Of a stretch of DNA of 64,000 nucleotides, positions 25,270 to 37,140 are shown in pieces. The notes under the pieces were generated by a model. It did no database searches. It was not told the origin of the DNA and worked only from the letters and a program-made list of their open reading frames with translations. This DNA comes from Mobula hypostoma. Taxonomy: Eukaryota. The first letter of the stretch is position 1. Each line of letters starts with the position of its first letter. The DNA lies in contig NC_086097.1 in NCBI RefSeq assembly GCF_963921235.1, forward strand, positions 171,370,001-171,434,000, in the 5' to 3' direction. A program made the position numbers and the translations under genes.

Positions 25270-26700
25270 CGGAAGACGTCCTGCCTCGACCCTGTGCCGA
25301 AGACGCCGCGCCCCAGTGGCCTCAATGACTACAGACCGGTGGCATTGACCTCCCACATCATGAAGACCCTGGAGAGACTTGTTCTGGAGCTGCTCTGGCC
25401 TATGGCCAGGCCACACTTAGATCCCCTCCAGATCACCTACCAGCCCCGACTAGGAGTTGAGGATGCCATTGTCTACCTGCTGAACCGTGTCTACGCCCAC
25501 CTGGACAAGCCAGCGAGCACTGTGAGGGTCATGTTTTTTAACTTCTCCAGTGCGTTCAACACCATCCACCCTGCTCTGCTGGGAGAGAAGCTGACAGTGA
25601 TGCAGGTGGATGCTTCCCTGGTATCATGGATCCTTGATTACCTGATTGGCAGACCACAGTACGTGTGCTTGCAACACTGTGTGTCCGACAGAGTGATCAG
25701 CAGCACTGGGGCTCCACAGGGGACTGTCTTGTCTCCCTTTCTCTTCACCATTTACACCTCGGACTTCAACTACTGCACAGAGTCTTGTCATCTTCAGAAG
25801 TTTTCTGATGACTCTGCCATAGTTGGATGCATCAGCAAGGGAGATGAGGCTGAGTACAGGGCTACAGTAGGAAACTTTGTCACATGGTGTGAGCAGAATT
25901 ATCTGCAGCTTAATGTGAAAAAGACTAAGGAGCTAGTGGTAGACCTGAGGAGGGCTAAGGCACCGGTGACCCCTGTTTCCATCCAGGGGGGTCAGTGTGG
26001 ACATGGTGGAGGATTACAAATACCTGGGGATACGAATTGACAAAAACTGGACTGGTCAAAGAACACTGAGGCTGTCTACAAGAAGGGTCAAAGCCGTCTC
26101 TATTTCCTGAGGAGACTGAGGTCCTTTAACATCTGTCGGACGATGCTGAGGATGTTCTACGAGTCTGTGGTGGCCAGTGCTATCATGTTTGCTGTTGTGT
26201 GTTGGGGCAGCAGGCTAAGGGTAGCAGACACCAACAGAATCAACAAACTCATTCGGAAGGCCAGTGATGTTGTGGGGATGGAACTGGACTCTCTGATGGT
26301 GGTGTCTGAAAAGAGGATGCTGTCAAGTTGCATGCCATCTTGGACAATGTCTCCCATCCACTACATAATGTACTTTTTGGGCACAGGAGTACATTCAGCC
26401 AGAGACTCATTCCACCGAGATGCAGCACAGAGCGTCATAGGAAGTCATTCCTGCCTGTGGCCATAAAACTTTACAACTCCTCCCTTGGAGGGTCAGACAC
26501 CCTGAGCCAATAGGCTGGTCCTGGACTTATTTCCTGGCATAATTTACATATTACTATTTAATTATTTATGGTTTTATTACTATTTAATTATTTATGGTTT
26601 TATTACTATTTAATTATTTATGGTGCAACTGTAACGAAAACCAATTTCCCTCAGGATTAATAAAGTATGATAAAGTATAACTACGACTATGACTATGACT
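25270..26700 (+). mobile_element. Relatively young 5'-truncated Rex1/Babar-type LINE
   Basis: LNDYRPVALTSHIMKTLERLV, FSSAFNTI, GAPQGTVLSPFLFTIYT, FSDD, LNVKKTKELVVD; few frameshifts; AATAAA followed by a (GACTAT)n tail at about 26685-26700. Confidence 0.9.
26551..26623. repeat. 26-bp tandem repeat x 2.8 in the Rex1 3' UTR
   Basis: TTACTATTTAATTATTTATGGTTTTA at 26551, 26577 and 26603 (partial). Confidence 0.9.
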
Positions 26701-26814
26701 AATGTGCAGCTGCCAAGAGGGCAACTTAAGTTAAATCATGTGCTCAGTAGGGAGTAGCACAAAAAGCCAGAGACATCAGCAGACCTAGCCCTGACCACAA
26801 CTCTGCATGGCACT

Positions 26815-27965
26815 GGAATTGGTTTATTATTGTCACATGTAACACGATATAGGGAAAAACTTGTCTTGCATGCTGTTCATACAGATCAAATCATTGAGGC
26901 AGAATGAAGTGGAACAACTACAGAAAAAGTGCAGTGCAGGTAAACAATAAGATGCAAGGTGGACAGTGAGCTGAATTGTAAGGTTAAGAGTCCAACTTAT
27001 CATACAAGGGAACTATTCAACAGTCTTATAGTAGCAGGATGAAAGTTGCCCTTCAGCCTGGGGGAACGCACGTTCAGGTTCGTGTACCTTCTGATCAATC
27101 GAAGAGGGAAGAAGAGAGAACATCCAGGTGTAAGAGGTTTATTTATTATGCCGACTGCTTTACTAAGGCAGTAAGTGTACAGTCCAGAGAGGGGAGGCTG
27201 GTTCTTCTAATGCTTTGAGCTGCATCCACAACTCTGCAGTTTCTTGCAGCCATGTGCAGAGCAGTTGCCATGCAGAGGCATTATGCATCCAGATAGGATG
27301 CTTTCAATGATGCATCAATAAAAATTCAAAGTTCAAAGTTCAAACTATATTTATTATCAAAGTACATATACTGTATGTCACCATATACAACCCAGAGTTT
27401 CAGTTTCCTGTGGGCATGAACAGTAAATAAAAGAAACACAATAGAATTCATGAAAAACTGAATACAACAGAACAAGCAACCAAAGTACAAAGGACAATGA
27501 ACTGTGCAAATAGAAAAAGAAAAGAAAAAATAATAATAATAATACTTAAGCAGTAAATATTGAAAACATGAGATTGAGTTCTTGAAAGTGACTCCATAGG
27601 TTGTAGGAACATTTCAGTGATGGGGCAAGTGAAGTTGAGTGAAGTTATCTCCTCCGGTTCAAAAACCTGATGATTGAGGGGTAATAACTGGTCCCGAACC
27701 TCGTGGTTTGGATCCTAAGGGTCCTGTACCTCCTCCTTGATGGCAGCAGCGAGAAGAAAGCATGGCCTGAATGTTGGGAGTACTTGATGATAGTTGCTGC
27801 TTTCCTGTGGATTGGAGAGAATCAAACGAACATGCCAACTTCTTTTGCCTTTTGAGGAAATAGATAGATACATTGATATCTTTCCGTTGCCATGGCATCT
27901 ACATAGTTGGATCACGACGGGTTATTGGTGATGTTCACTCCTAGGAATTTAAAGCTTTCAGCCCT
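26815..27965 (-). mobile_element. Stack of Rex1/Babar-type 3' fragments reaching to about 10 nt from the cadherin donor at 27976
   Basis: ESFKFLGVNITNNPS motif at 27912-27960; Rex1-type tail (plus strand ttcaaagttcaaagttcaaa) at about 27325-27345. Confidence 0.75.
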
Positions 27966-27976
27966 CTTAAACCTAC

Positions 27977-28094
27977 CTTGATTATCTCTGACAGTGAAGT
28001 TGAGACTACTGGTAGCATCTGTAGCAAGAGTGAAGCGGAAATGTTGGCCCTCCACCGGATCATCCTTGTCCACTGCACTGATAGTCTGAATGAG
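27977..28094 (-). CDS. cdh19: Cadherin exon, EC5 (LIQTISAVDKDDPVEGQHFRFTLATDATSSLNFTVRDNQ)
   Basis: Acceptor ccctcttcag|CTC, donor CAAG|gtaggt; 118 nt; AVDKD motif. Confidence 0.95.
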
Positions 28095-28123
28095 CTGAAG
28101 AGGGAAAGATTCAAATATCAGCC

Positions 28124-30684
28124 TAACATAGAAACATAGAAACATAGAAAATAGGTGCAGGAGTAGGCCATTCGGCCCTTCGAGCCTGCACCGCCATTTA
28201 TTATGATCATGGCTGATCATCCAACTCAGAACCCAGCCTTCCCTCCATACCCCCTGACCCCTGTAGCCACAAGGGCCATATCTAACTTCCTGTTAAACAT
28301 AGCTAATGAACTGGCCTCAACAGTTTGCTGTGGCAGAGAATTCCACAGATTCACCACTCTCTGTGTGAAGAAGTTTTTCCTAATCTCGGTCCTAAAAGGC
28401 TTCCCCTCTATCCTCAAACTGTGACCCCTCGTTCTGGACCTCCCCAACATCGGGAACAATCTTCCCGCATCTAGCCTGTCCAATCCCTTTAGGATCTTAT
28501 ACGTTTCAATCAGATCCCCCCTCAATCTTCTAAATTCCAACGAGTACAAGCCCAGTTCATCCAGTCTTTCTTCATATGAAAGACCTGCCATCCCAGGAAT
28601 CAATCTGGTGAACCTTCTTTGTACTCCCTCTATGGCAAAGATGTCTTTCCTCAGATTAGGGGACCAAAACTGCACACAATACTCCAGGTGTGGTCTCACC
28701 AAGGCCTTGTACAACTGCAGTAGTACCTCCCTGCTCCTGTACTCGAATCCTCTCGCTATAAATGCCAGCATACCGTTCGCCTTTTTCACCGCCTGCTGTA
28801 CCTGCATGCCCACTTTCAATGACTGGTGTATAATGACACCCAGGTCTCGTTGCACCTCCCCTTTTCCTAATCGGCCACCATTCAGATAATAATCTGTTTT
28901 CCTATTTTTGCCACCAAAGTGGATAACTTCACATTTATCCACATTAAATTGCATCTGCCATGAGTTTGCCCACTCACCCAACCTATCCAAGTCACCCTGC
29001 ATCCTCTTAGCATCCTCCTCACTGCTAACACTGCCACCCAGCTTCGTGTCATCCGCAAACTTGGAGATGCTGCATTTAATTCCCTCATCCAAGTCATTAA
29101 TATATACTGTAAACAACTGGGGTCCCAGCACTGAGCCTTGCGGTACCCCACTAGTCACCGCCTGCCATTCTGAAAAGGTCCCGTTTATTCCCACTCTTTG
29201 TTTCCTGTCTGCTAACCAATTCTCCACCCACACCAATACCTTACCCCCAATACCGTGTGCTTTAAGTTTGCACACTAATCTCCTGTGTGGGACCTTGTCA
29301 AAAGCCTTTTGAAAATCCAAATATACCACATCCACTGGTTCTCCCCTATCCACTCTACTAGTTACATCCTCAAAAAATTCTATGAGATTCGTCAGACATG
29401 ATTTTCCTTTCACAAATCCATGCTGACTTTGTCCGATCATTTCACCGCTTTCCAAATGTGCTGTTATCACATCCTTGATAACTGACTCCAGCAGTTTCCC
29501 CACCACCGACGTTAGGCTAACCGGCCTATAATTCCCCGGTTTCTCTCTCCCTCCTTTTTTAAAAAGTGGGGTTACATTAGCCACCCTCCAATCCTCAGGA
29601 ACTAGTCCAGAATCTAACGAGTTTTGAAAAATTATCACTAATGCATCCACTATTTCTTGGGCTACTTCCTTAAGCACTCTGGGATGCAGACCATCTGGCC
29701 CTGGGGATTTATCTGCCTTCAATCCCTTCAATTTACCTAACACCACTTCCCTACTAACATGTATTTCGCTCGGTTCCTCCATCTCACTGGACCCTCTGTC
29801 CCTTACTATTTCTGGAAGATTATTTATGTCCTCCTTAGTGAAGACAGAACCAAAGTAATTATTCAATTGGTCTGCCATGTCCTTGCTCCCCATAATCAAT
29901 TCACCTGTTTCTGTTTGCAGGGGACCTACATTTGTCTTTATCAGTCTTTTCCTTTTTACATATCTATAAAAGCTTTTACAGTCCGTTTTTATGTTCTCTG
30001 CCAGTTTTCTCTCATAATCTTTTTTCCCCTTCCTAATTAAGCCCTTTGTCCTCCTCTGCTGAACTCTGAATTTCTCCCAGTCCTCAGGTGAGCCACTTTC
30101 TCTGGCTAATTTGTATGCTACTTCTTTGGAATTGATACTATCCCTAATTTCTCTTGTCAGCCACGGGTGCACTACCTTCCTTGATTTATTCTTTTGCCAA
30201 ACTGGGATGAACAATTGTTGTAGTTCATCCATGCAACCTTTAAATGCCTGCCATTGCATATCCACCGTCAATCCTTTAAGTGTCATATGCCAGTCTATCT
30301 TAGCTAATTCACGTCTCATACCTTCAAAGTTACCCCTCTTTAAGTTCAGAACCTTTGTTTCTGAATTAACTATGTCACTCTCCATCTTAATGAAGAATTC
30401 CACCATATTATGGTCACTCTTACCCAAGGGGCCTCTCACGACAAGATTGCTAATTAACCCTTCCTCATTGCTCAAAACCCAGTCCAGAATAGCCTGCTCT
30501 CTAGTTGGTTCCTTGACATGTTGGTTCAAAAAACCATCCCGCATACATTCCAAGAAATCCTCTTCCTCAGCACCTTTACCAATTTGGTTCACCCAGTCTA
30601 CATGTAGATTGAAGTCACCCATTATAACTGCTGTTCCTTTATTGCACACATTTCTAATTTCCTGTTTAATACCATCTCCGACAT
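28124..30684 (-). mobile_element. Young 5'-truncated CR1-clade LINE
   Basis: Uninterrupted ORF2, short 3' UTR and (TTTCTATG)n tail at about 28126-28150; ACAT microhomology at both junctions. Confidence 0.95.
28226..30649 (-). CDS. CR1 ORF2 (C-terminal part of APE endonuclease plus complete reverse transcriptase), 807 aa, N-terminally truncated
   Basis: Motifs GDFN, SDH, KSPGPDG, PGNYRPVSLTS, QHGF, YLDFQKAFDKVPH, SGVPQGSVLGP, FADD, RPHLEYCVQFWSP and RTRGH; no internal stops. Confidence 0.93.
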   Translation of the reverse strand: MCNKGTAVIMGDFNLHVDWVNQIGKGAEEEDFLECMRDGFLNQHVKEPTREQAILDWVLSNEEGLISNLVVRGPLGKSDHNMVEFFIKMESDIVNSETKVLNLKRGNFEGMRRELAKIDWHMTLKGLTVDMQWQAFKGCMDELQQLFIPVWQKNKSRKVVHPWLTREIRDSINSKEVAYKLARESGSPEDWEKFRVQQRRTKGLIRKGKKDYERKLAENIKTDCKSFYRYVKRKRLIKTNVGPLQTETGELIMGSKDMADQLNNYFGSVFTKEDINNLPEIVRDRGSSEMEEPSEIHVSREVVLGKLKGLKADKSPGPDGLHPRVLKEVAQEIVDALVIIFQNSLDSGLVPEDWRVANVTPLFKKGGREKPGNYRPVSLTSVVGKLLESVIKDVITAHLESGEMIGQSQHGFVKGKSCLTNLIEFFEDVTSRVDRGEPVDVVYLDFQKAFDKVPHRRLVCKLKAHGIGGKVLVWVENWLADRKQRVGINGTFSEWQAVTSGVPQGSVLGPQLFTVYINDLDEGIKCSISKFADDTKLGGSVSSEEDAKRMQGDLDRLGEWANSWQMQFNVDKCEVIHFGGKNRKTDYYLNGGRLGKGEVQRDLGVIIHQSLKVGMQVQQAVKKANGMLAFIARGFEYRSREVLLQLYKALVRPHLEYCVQFWSPNLRKDIFAIEGVQRRFTRLIPGMAGLSYEERLDELGLYSLEFRRLRGDLIETYKILKGLDRLDAGRLFPMLGRSRTRGHSLRIEGKPFRTEIRKNFFTQRVVNLWNSLPQQTVEASSLAMFNRKLDMALVATGVRGYGGKAGF

Positions 30685-31282
30685 GGAACTAAACATCTCA
30701 GCTCCCCCTATGATTGACAGGAGCTGGATTGTGGTTGCAGGATGGAATGGACGTTTAAATATTCTCTTTTGAAGCCATTTGGAGTCAATATGTGCCATTC
30801 TAGTCAATTCATTACAGAAAGGATGCAGAGTTTTTGGAAAGGTTCACTGGGATGCTGCCTACGGTAGAGGGTTTGTGTTATAAGGAGAGGATGCACAAAC
30901 TTAGGTTGTTGACTCCAGAGTGCTAGACACTGAGCAGAGAAGTGAGAGAAAGTTTTTAAAACTATATATGGCTTAGAGTCTTTTTTTTGCCAGGGTGCTA
31001 TTGTCAAATACTAGAGGGTATTGCTTTAAATAAGGAGTTGGGATGGGTGGCGAAGAAGTTTAAAGGACATGTACAGGGCTAACTTTTTAAAAATATGTAC
31101 AGAGAATGATTAGTATCTGGAATGTACAAGCAGGAGTAGTGGCTGAAGCAGGCACAAGAGTGACATTTAAGACTCAAAGTCATTTTTTTTTATCATATCC
31201 ACAAGTACATGTATGCACAGGTGCAATGAAAATCTTACTTGCAGCAGCATCACAGACATATAGTATCAGAAGCACACATTTA

Positions 31283-34200
31283 CCATAAAACCATAAAATA
31301 TAGAAGCAAAATTAGGCCATTTGGCCCATTGAGTCTGTTCCACCATTTCATTATGGCTGATCCAATTTTCCTCTCAGCCCCCATTTCCTGCCTTCTCCCC
31401 ATATTCCTTCATGCCCTGACCAATCAAGTATCTATCAGCCTCTGCCTTAAATATACATAAAGCCTTGGCCTCCACAGCTGCCTGTGGCCAAGAATTCCAT
31501 AGATTCAGCGCTCTCTGTCCAAAGAAATCCCTCCTCTGATCGCCCTCTATTCTGAGGCTGTGTCCTTGGGTCTTAGACTTACACCATTGGAATCATCCTC
31601 TCCACATCCACTCTGTCATGGCCTTTCACCATTCGATAAGCTTCAATGAGGTCATCCCTCATTCTCTTGAATTCCATAAATACAGGCCATTCAATCCTGG
31701 AATCATTTTCATGGATCTCCTTTGAAATCTCTCCAGTTTCAGTACATCTTTTCTAAGATAAGGGGGCCCAGAAGTGCTCACAATACTCTGTGAGACCTCA
31801 GCAATGCTCAGCATTCCAGACTCTAGTGATTCTTGAAAGATCATTACTAATGCTTCAATAATCTCTTCAGGGACCACTTTTAGAACCTTGGGGTGTACAC
31901 CATTATTTACCGTCAAACCTTTTATTTTCCCAAGAACCTTCTCTCTAGTATTGGTAACTTCACACACTTCATGACCCCTGATACTTTGAATTTCCACCAT
32001 TCTGCTGGTGTCTCCCAGAGTGAAGACTGATACAAAATACTTACTCAGTTCATCCACCATTTCCTTGGCCCCCATTCCACCCCTCCAGCATCATTTTCCC
32101 TCAGTCCGATATCCACTCTCACCTCTCTTTTGTACTTTATGTATCTGAAGAAACATTTGGCATCCTATTTAATATTATTGGCTAGCTTACTTTTGTATTC
32201 CATCTTTACTATCTTAATGACTTTTTTTTTAGTTGCCTTCTGTTGGTTTTTAAAAACTTCCCAATCCTGTAACTTCCTACTAATTTTTGCTCTATTATAT
32301 GCCCTCTCTTGGCTTTTATGTTGGCTTTGATTTCTCTTGTTAAACACAGTTACGTCATCTTTCCTTTTGAATACCTTTTCCTCTTTGGGATGTATATACC
32401 CTGTGGCTTCTGAATCGCTTCCAAAAATTCCAGCTATTGCTGCTCTGCCGTCATCCCTGCCAGCATACTTTTCCAAACAATTCTAGCCAACTCCTTTCAA
32501 TGCCTCCGTAATTCCCTTTACTCCACTTAATACAAATACATCTGACATTAGCTTCCCCTTTTCAAATTTCTTGATCACTTTCCCCCAAAGGTTCTTTTAC
32601 CTCAAGGTGTCTAATCCTACCCAAGTCATTGGTACTTACATAGACCATAACCTCTGGCCGTTCACTCTCCCACTTAAGAATCCTGAGCACTTGATCAGAG
32701 TTGTCCCTGGCTCTGGCACCAGGGAGGTGACATAACATCCGGGAATCTTGTTCTTGCCCACAGACCCTGCCGTCCGTTCCTCTAACTGATGAATCCCCTA
32801 TCACCAGAACATGCCTTTTCTTCTCCCCTTCCCTACTGCATCACAGAGCCGGACTCAGTGTTAGAGACCAAACAGCCAAATCAGCGGCAGGAGCAGGTCA
32901 CAGGGATGAGGTTTCACACAGGTCTGCGACGCTTGTTTAAAAGTACAGAAGAGACAAGCGGGGTGGCCATTGCTGGAGTAGGCCAGTAGTGAGAATAGGA
33001 GTGTCAGGCTTTGGCTCAAAGGAGATTTTGGCTCCGGATAAGTTTCTGTTAAGGTTCACTTTTTTTCTCTCACTGTACCTAGTGTAGAAAATGGTTGTTG
33101 TGTGTTTTTCATGCCAGATATTAGAGTCCTGGGAGACCCAAAGTCTGTGTGAAAAGCATCTGGCTGCAGCTCCTTGGACACCGTGTTAGGGATCTGGAGC
33201 AGTAGCTGGATGACCTTCAGCTTGTACAGGAGAGGAGATCATCGATTGCAATTACAGGGAGGTAGTCAGCCCGAAGTTGCAGGAGGCGAGTAGCTGGGTG
33301 ACTGTCAGAAGAAACGGAAATGTGAATAGGCAGTTAGTGCGGAGCACCCCAATGGCTGTTTCCCCTCAATAATAAGTATACTGTTTTGTGGGGGCTGACC
33401 TTCCAGGGGAATGCCACAGAGACCTGTTTATTGGCACTGAGCATAGCTCGTGGTCCTGAAGGAATAGAGGGAGAAGAGGCAAGTGGTAGTGACAGGGGAC
33501 TCAAAAGTCAGGGGAACAGACAGGATATTCTGTGGATGTGAACGGGACACACAAATGGTATGTTGCCTCCCTGTTGCCATGGTCAGTGACATCTTGGATC
33601 ATGTCTACAACATTTTCGAGAGGGAGGGAGAGTAGCTAGATGTCTTGGTATATATTGGTACCAATGATATGGGAAGGAAAAGCAAAGAGATTCTGTGAAG
33701 AGAATTTAGACAGTTAGAGAATTTAGAAAGCTGAGAAGCAGGACCTCCTGGGAAGTAATTACTGGATTGCTGTCTGTGCCACATGCCAGTGAGAGTAGAA
33801 ACAGGATGATTTGGCAGATTAATGCCTGGCTGAGAAACTGGTGCTGGGGCAGGGCTTTTCGTTCCTGATTTATTGGGATCTCTTCTGGGAGGGGTATGGC
33901 CTGTTCAAAAGTGACAGGTTGCACCTGAACCTGAGGGGAACCAATATTCTCGCAGGCAAGTTTGTTAGAGCTTTTGGGGAGGGTTTAAACTAATTTGACA
34001 GGGGAGTGGGAACCAGAGTGAAGGGACTCAGGATAGGATGGATGGTAAAAAAGGAAAGATAGCATGTTGTCAGATTGTCAGGAAGGGCAGGCAGATTATA
34101 GGACATAATTGCAGCCAGCAGGGTGAGTATCAGTGCACTAGGGATGCAGAATCAAAAAGGATAGCAAATACAGTACTCAAAGTGTTGTATCTCAATGCAT

Positions 34201-35990
34201 GGAGTATAAGAAATAAGGTGGATGATCTTGTTGCACTATACAGATTGTCAGGTATGATGCTGTGGCCATCACTGAATCGTGGCTGAAGGATGATTATATT
34301 TGGGAGCTGAATGTCCAAGGTTACACGTTGTACCGGAGGGATAGGAAGGTAGGCAGAGAGGGTAACATAGCTCTGCTGGTGAAGAATGGTATCAAATCAA
34401 TGGAAAGATGTGGCATAGGATCAGAAGATGTAGAATCCTTGTGGGTTGAGTTAAGAAACTGCAAGGGTGAAAGGATCCTGACAGCAGTTATATTCCGGCC
34501 TCCCAACAGTAGCTGGGATGTGGACCACAGATCACAATAGGAAATAGAAAAGGCATGTCGAAAGGGCAATGTTATGATAGTCACGGGAGATTTCAACACG
34601 CAGGTCATTTGGGAAAATCAGGTTGGAAATGGATCTCAAGAGAGTGAGTTTGCTGAATGCCTATGAGATGGCTTTTTAGAGAAATTTGTTGTTGAGCCTA
34701 CGAGGGGATTAGCTATACTGGATTAGGTATAAAGTAATGAACTGGAGCTGATTAGGGATCTTAAGGTAACAGAAACTTTTGGAGGCAGTGATCACAATAT
34801 GATTGAGTTCAACTTGAAATTTGATTGGGAGAAAGTAATTTTGAGGGATAGGAGGTGGATTCTCATTGAGACCTTTTGTAAGTTGAAAAGCCTAGACAGA
34901 CTAGAAGTGGAAAGGATGTTTCCCATAGTGGAGGAGTCTAGAACAAAAGGGCACAGCTTCAGGATAAAGGGGCGTTTATTTAAAACAAAAATGCAGAGAA
35001 ATTTCTTTAGCAACAGGGTGGTGAATTTGTGGGATTTATTACCACAGGCAGCTATGGAGGCCAGGTCGTTGGATGTATTTAAGGCAGAGCTTGATAGGTT
35101 CCTGATTGGAGATGACATCAAAGGTTACGGGAAAAAGGCAAAGTAGTGTGGCTGAGGAGGGGAAAAAAAAGGATCAGCTATGATTAAGTGGTGGAGTAGA
35201 CTCGAAGGGCCAAAAGGTTAAATTCTGCTGCTATGTCTTATGGTCCCGACCACTGTGAGTTCCTCTGTTAGGTCAACCCCTCCAATAGCAGCCAAAGTGA
35301 TATTCCTGTTGTTAAGGAGAATGACCAGAAGGGTACTCTGCTCTGGCTCCTTAACTCATTTTCCCTTCCGGATTGTCACCCAGTTTCCTGCTTCCTGCAC
35401 CTTGGATGTAACTACCTCTGTATATATGTCCTATCTATCACACCCTCAGTCTCCTAAATGATCCGGAGTTCATCCAGTTCCAGCTCCAACTCCTTAACGT
35501 GGATTGTTAGAAGCTGCAGCTGGATGCACTTCTCGCAGCTGTAATCAGAGACACTGGAGGTCTCCCTGCCTTCCCACATTCCCGCAAGAGGAGCATTCCA
35601 CTATCCTGCCTGGCATCTCTACTGTCCGAGCTGAGCAGATATAAAGAAAGGAAGGAGAAAAAAGAACTTAACCTAGATCTTTTCTTTTCTTTACCTTCTC
35701 AGATTGAAGCCTCTGTTCGTGGAGCCTTGAAAAGCTAAAGCCTCAAGATCACCACTCTGACTCTGTTCTCTCAGACGATGGGCACTGCACTTGTCCCTGC
35801 CTTCCTTTAATTTACTCTTCCTAATTAATCACAAATGCAGATCAGCTTTATTGTGCTGCAGCAACGATCCACTGCTCCCTTTTCTACTTGAGCAGTGGAC
35901 CTGAGTGAAACCCCCTCCTCTCAAAAGTTTCAATGTCTGGACTAGTTGCTGGTCAAAGCACTATTTCGAAGAGAAAAAATTCCACGTGAA
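31283..35990 (-). mobile_element. Decayed, internally deleted CR1 (5' UTR/ORF1 at 35245-35990; ORF1 esterase, ORF2 pieces and 3' end at 31283-32869), split by a nested CR1
   Basis: IGDSSVRGTDGRVCG (SGNH-like ORF1), EPLGESD, HPKVLK and LRKDVLKLERFQRR fragments; the two halves rejoin as gagacc|cgaccactgtg across the insert. Confidence 0.8.
32870..35244 (+). mobile_element. CR1 with 5' UTR, ORF1 and endonuclease joined directly to a 3' end (RT missing), nested in another CR1
   Basis: ORF1 esterase motifs near 33485 and 33912; LKVLYLNAWSIRNKVDDL, AITESWL, FRPPNS; abrupt switch near 34840 to LIETF...ESRTKGH...FFSNRVVNLW; tcttatggt tail. Confidence 0.85.
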
Positions 35991-36169
35991 AGAACACAAC
36001 TAGAGGAAAGCAAAATCCATTGTAGTGGAAAGTGCTCACAATGTTTTTACACAGGTAATGATAAGAGTTGTGCAGGTTCGTTCAAGAACTGAATGGTTAA
36101 AGGAAAGTAGCTGTGGTAGATGAGGGAATTCAGGCTTCTGTACCTCATGCTGAATGGCAGCTATGAGAA

Positions 36170-36822
36170 GCAATACACACAAAATACTGGAGGAACTCAG
36201 CAGGGAAGATAGCATCTACGGAAAAGAGTAAACCGTCGACTTTTTTGGGATAAGATCCTTTATCAGGAAGGAAGGAAAAAAACTCTGGGAAGTCGATTGG
36301 TGAAAGAGATAAAGGGCTGGTAAAGGGGGAATCTGATAGGAGAGGACAGAAGGCCATGGAAGAAAGGGAAGGGGGGAGGAGCACCAGAGGAACGTGATGG
36401 TCAGGTGAGGAAATAAGGTGACAGAGGGAAATGGGAATAGAGAATGGTGAGGGAGCGGGAAGCAATAACAGAAGTTTGAGAAATCGATGTGCATGCCATC
36501 AGATTGGAGGCTATCCAGAAGGAATATGAGGTGTTGATCCTCCAACATGAGTGTAGTCATACTGCAGGAGTAGAGGAGGCCGTGGACTGACATGTTGGAA
36601 TGTGAATGGGAAGTCGACTTGAAATGGGAGGAGAGGGGCAGGAGGAGGGGAGGGGGAGAGGGGAGAGGGGAGGTGGTAGCCGACAAAAAGGCAGGCATAG
36701 TTAAGACCCATGCAAATACCTGTGGCTACACCTTTTATTTGAAGGAAGTAGGAGGAGCCAAAAGAGAAATTATATATAATATAGATATAGAGAGAGAGAG
36801 AGAGAGAGATATATAGAGATAG

Positions 36823-36879
<57 letters not shown>

Positions 36880-36880
36880 T

Positions 36881-36939
<59 letters not shown>

Positions 36940-37140
36940 GATAGAGATAGAGAGAACGAGAACAAGAACAAACCAGTTATGCTAGATGGTGGAGAATGGT
37001 GGAAGAGGGGAATTGTTTGGGTCTGGTGTCCAGAAGGCAGCAGAGAGCTTTGAGGCCTTCCTGTTGGGGGATAGAGGTGTATAGAGACTGGATGTTTCAT
37101 AGTGAAAATGAAGCAGCTGGTCTGGGTAGTGGGGATCTTT
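36170..37140 (-). mobile_element. Internally deleted Penelope-like element containing an expanded microsatellite
   Basis: LEDQHLIFLLDSLQSDGMHIDFSNF; RT pieces MGLNYACLFVGY and FIFTM; terminal repeat at 36170-36270. Confidence 0.8.
36781..36955. repeat. Compound (GA)n/(GAGATA)n microsatellite
   Basis: Directly visible. Confidence 0.95.
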
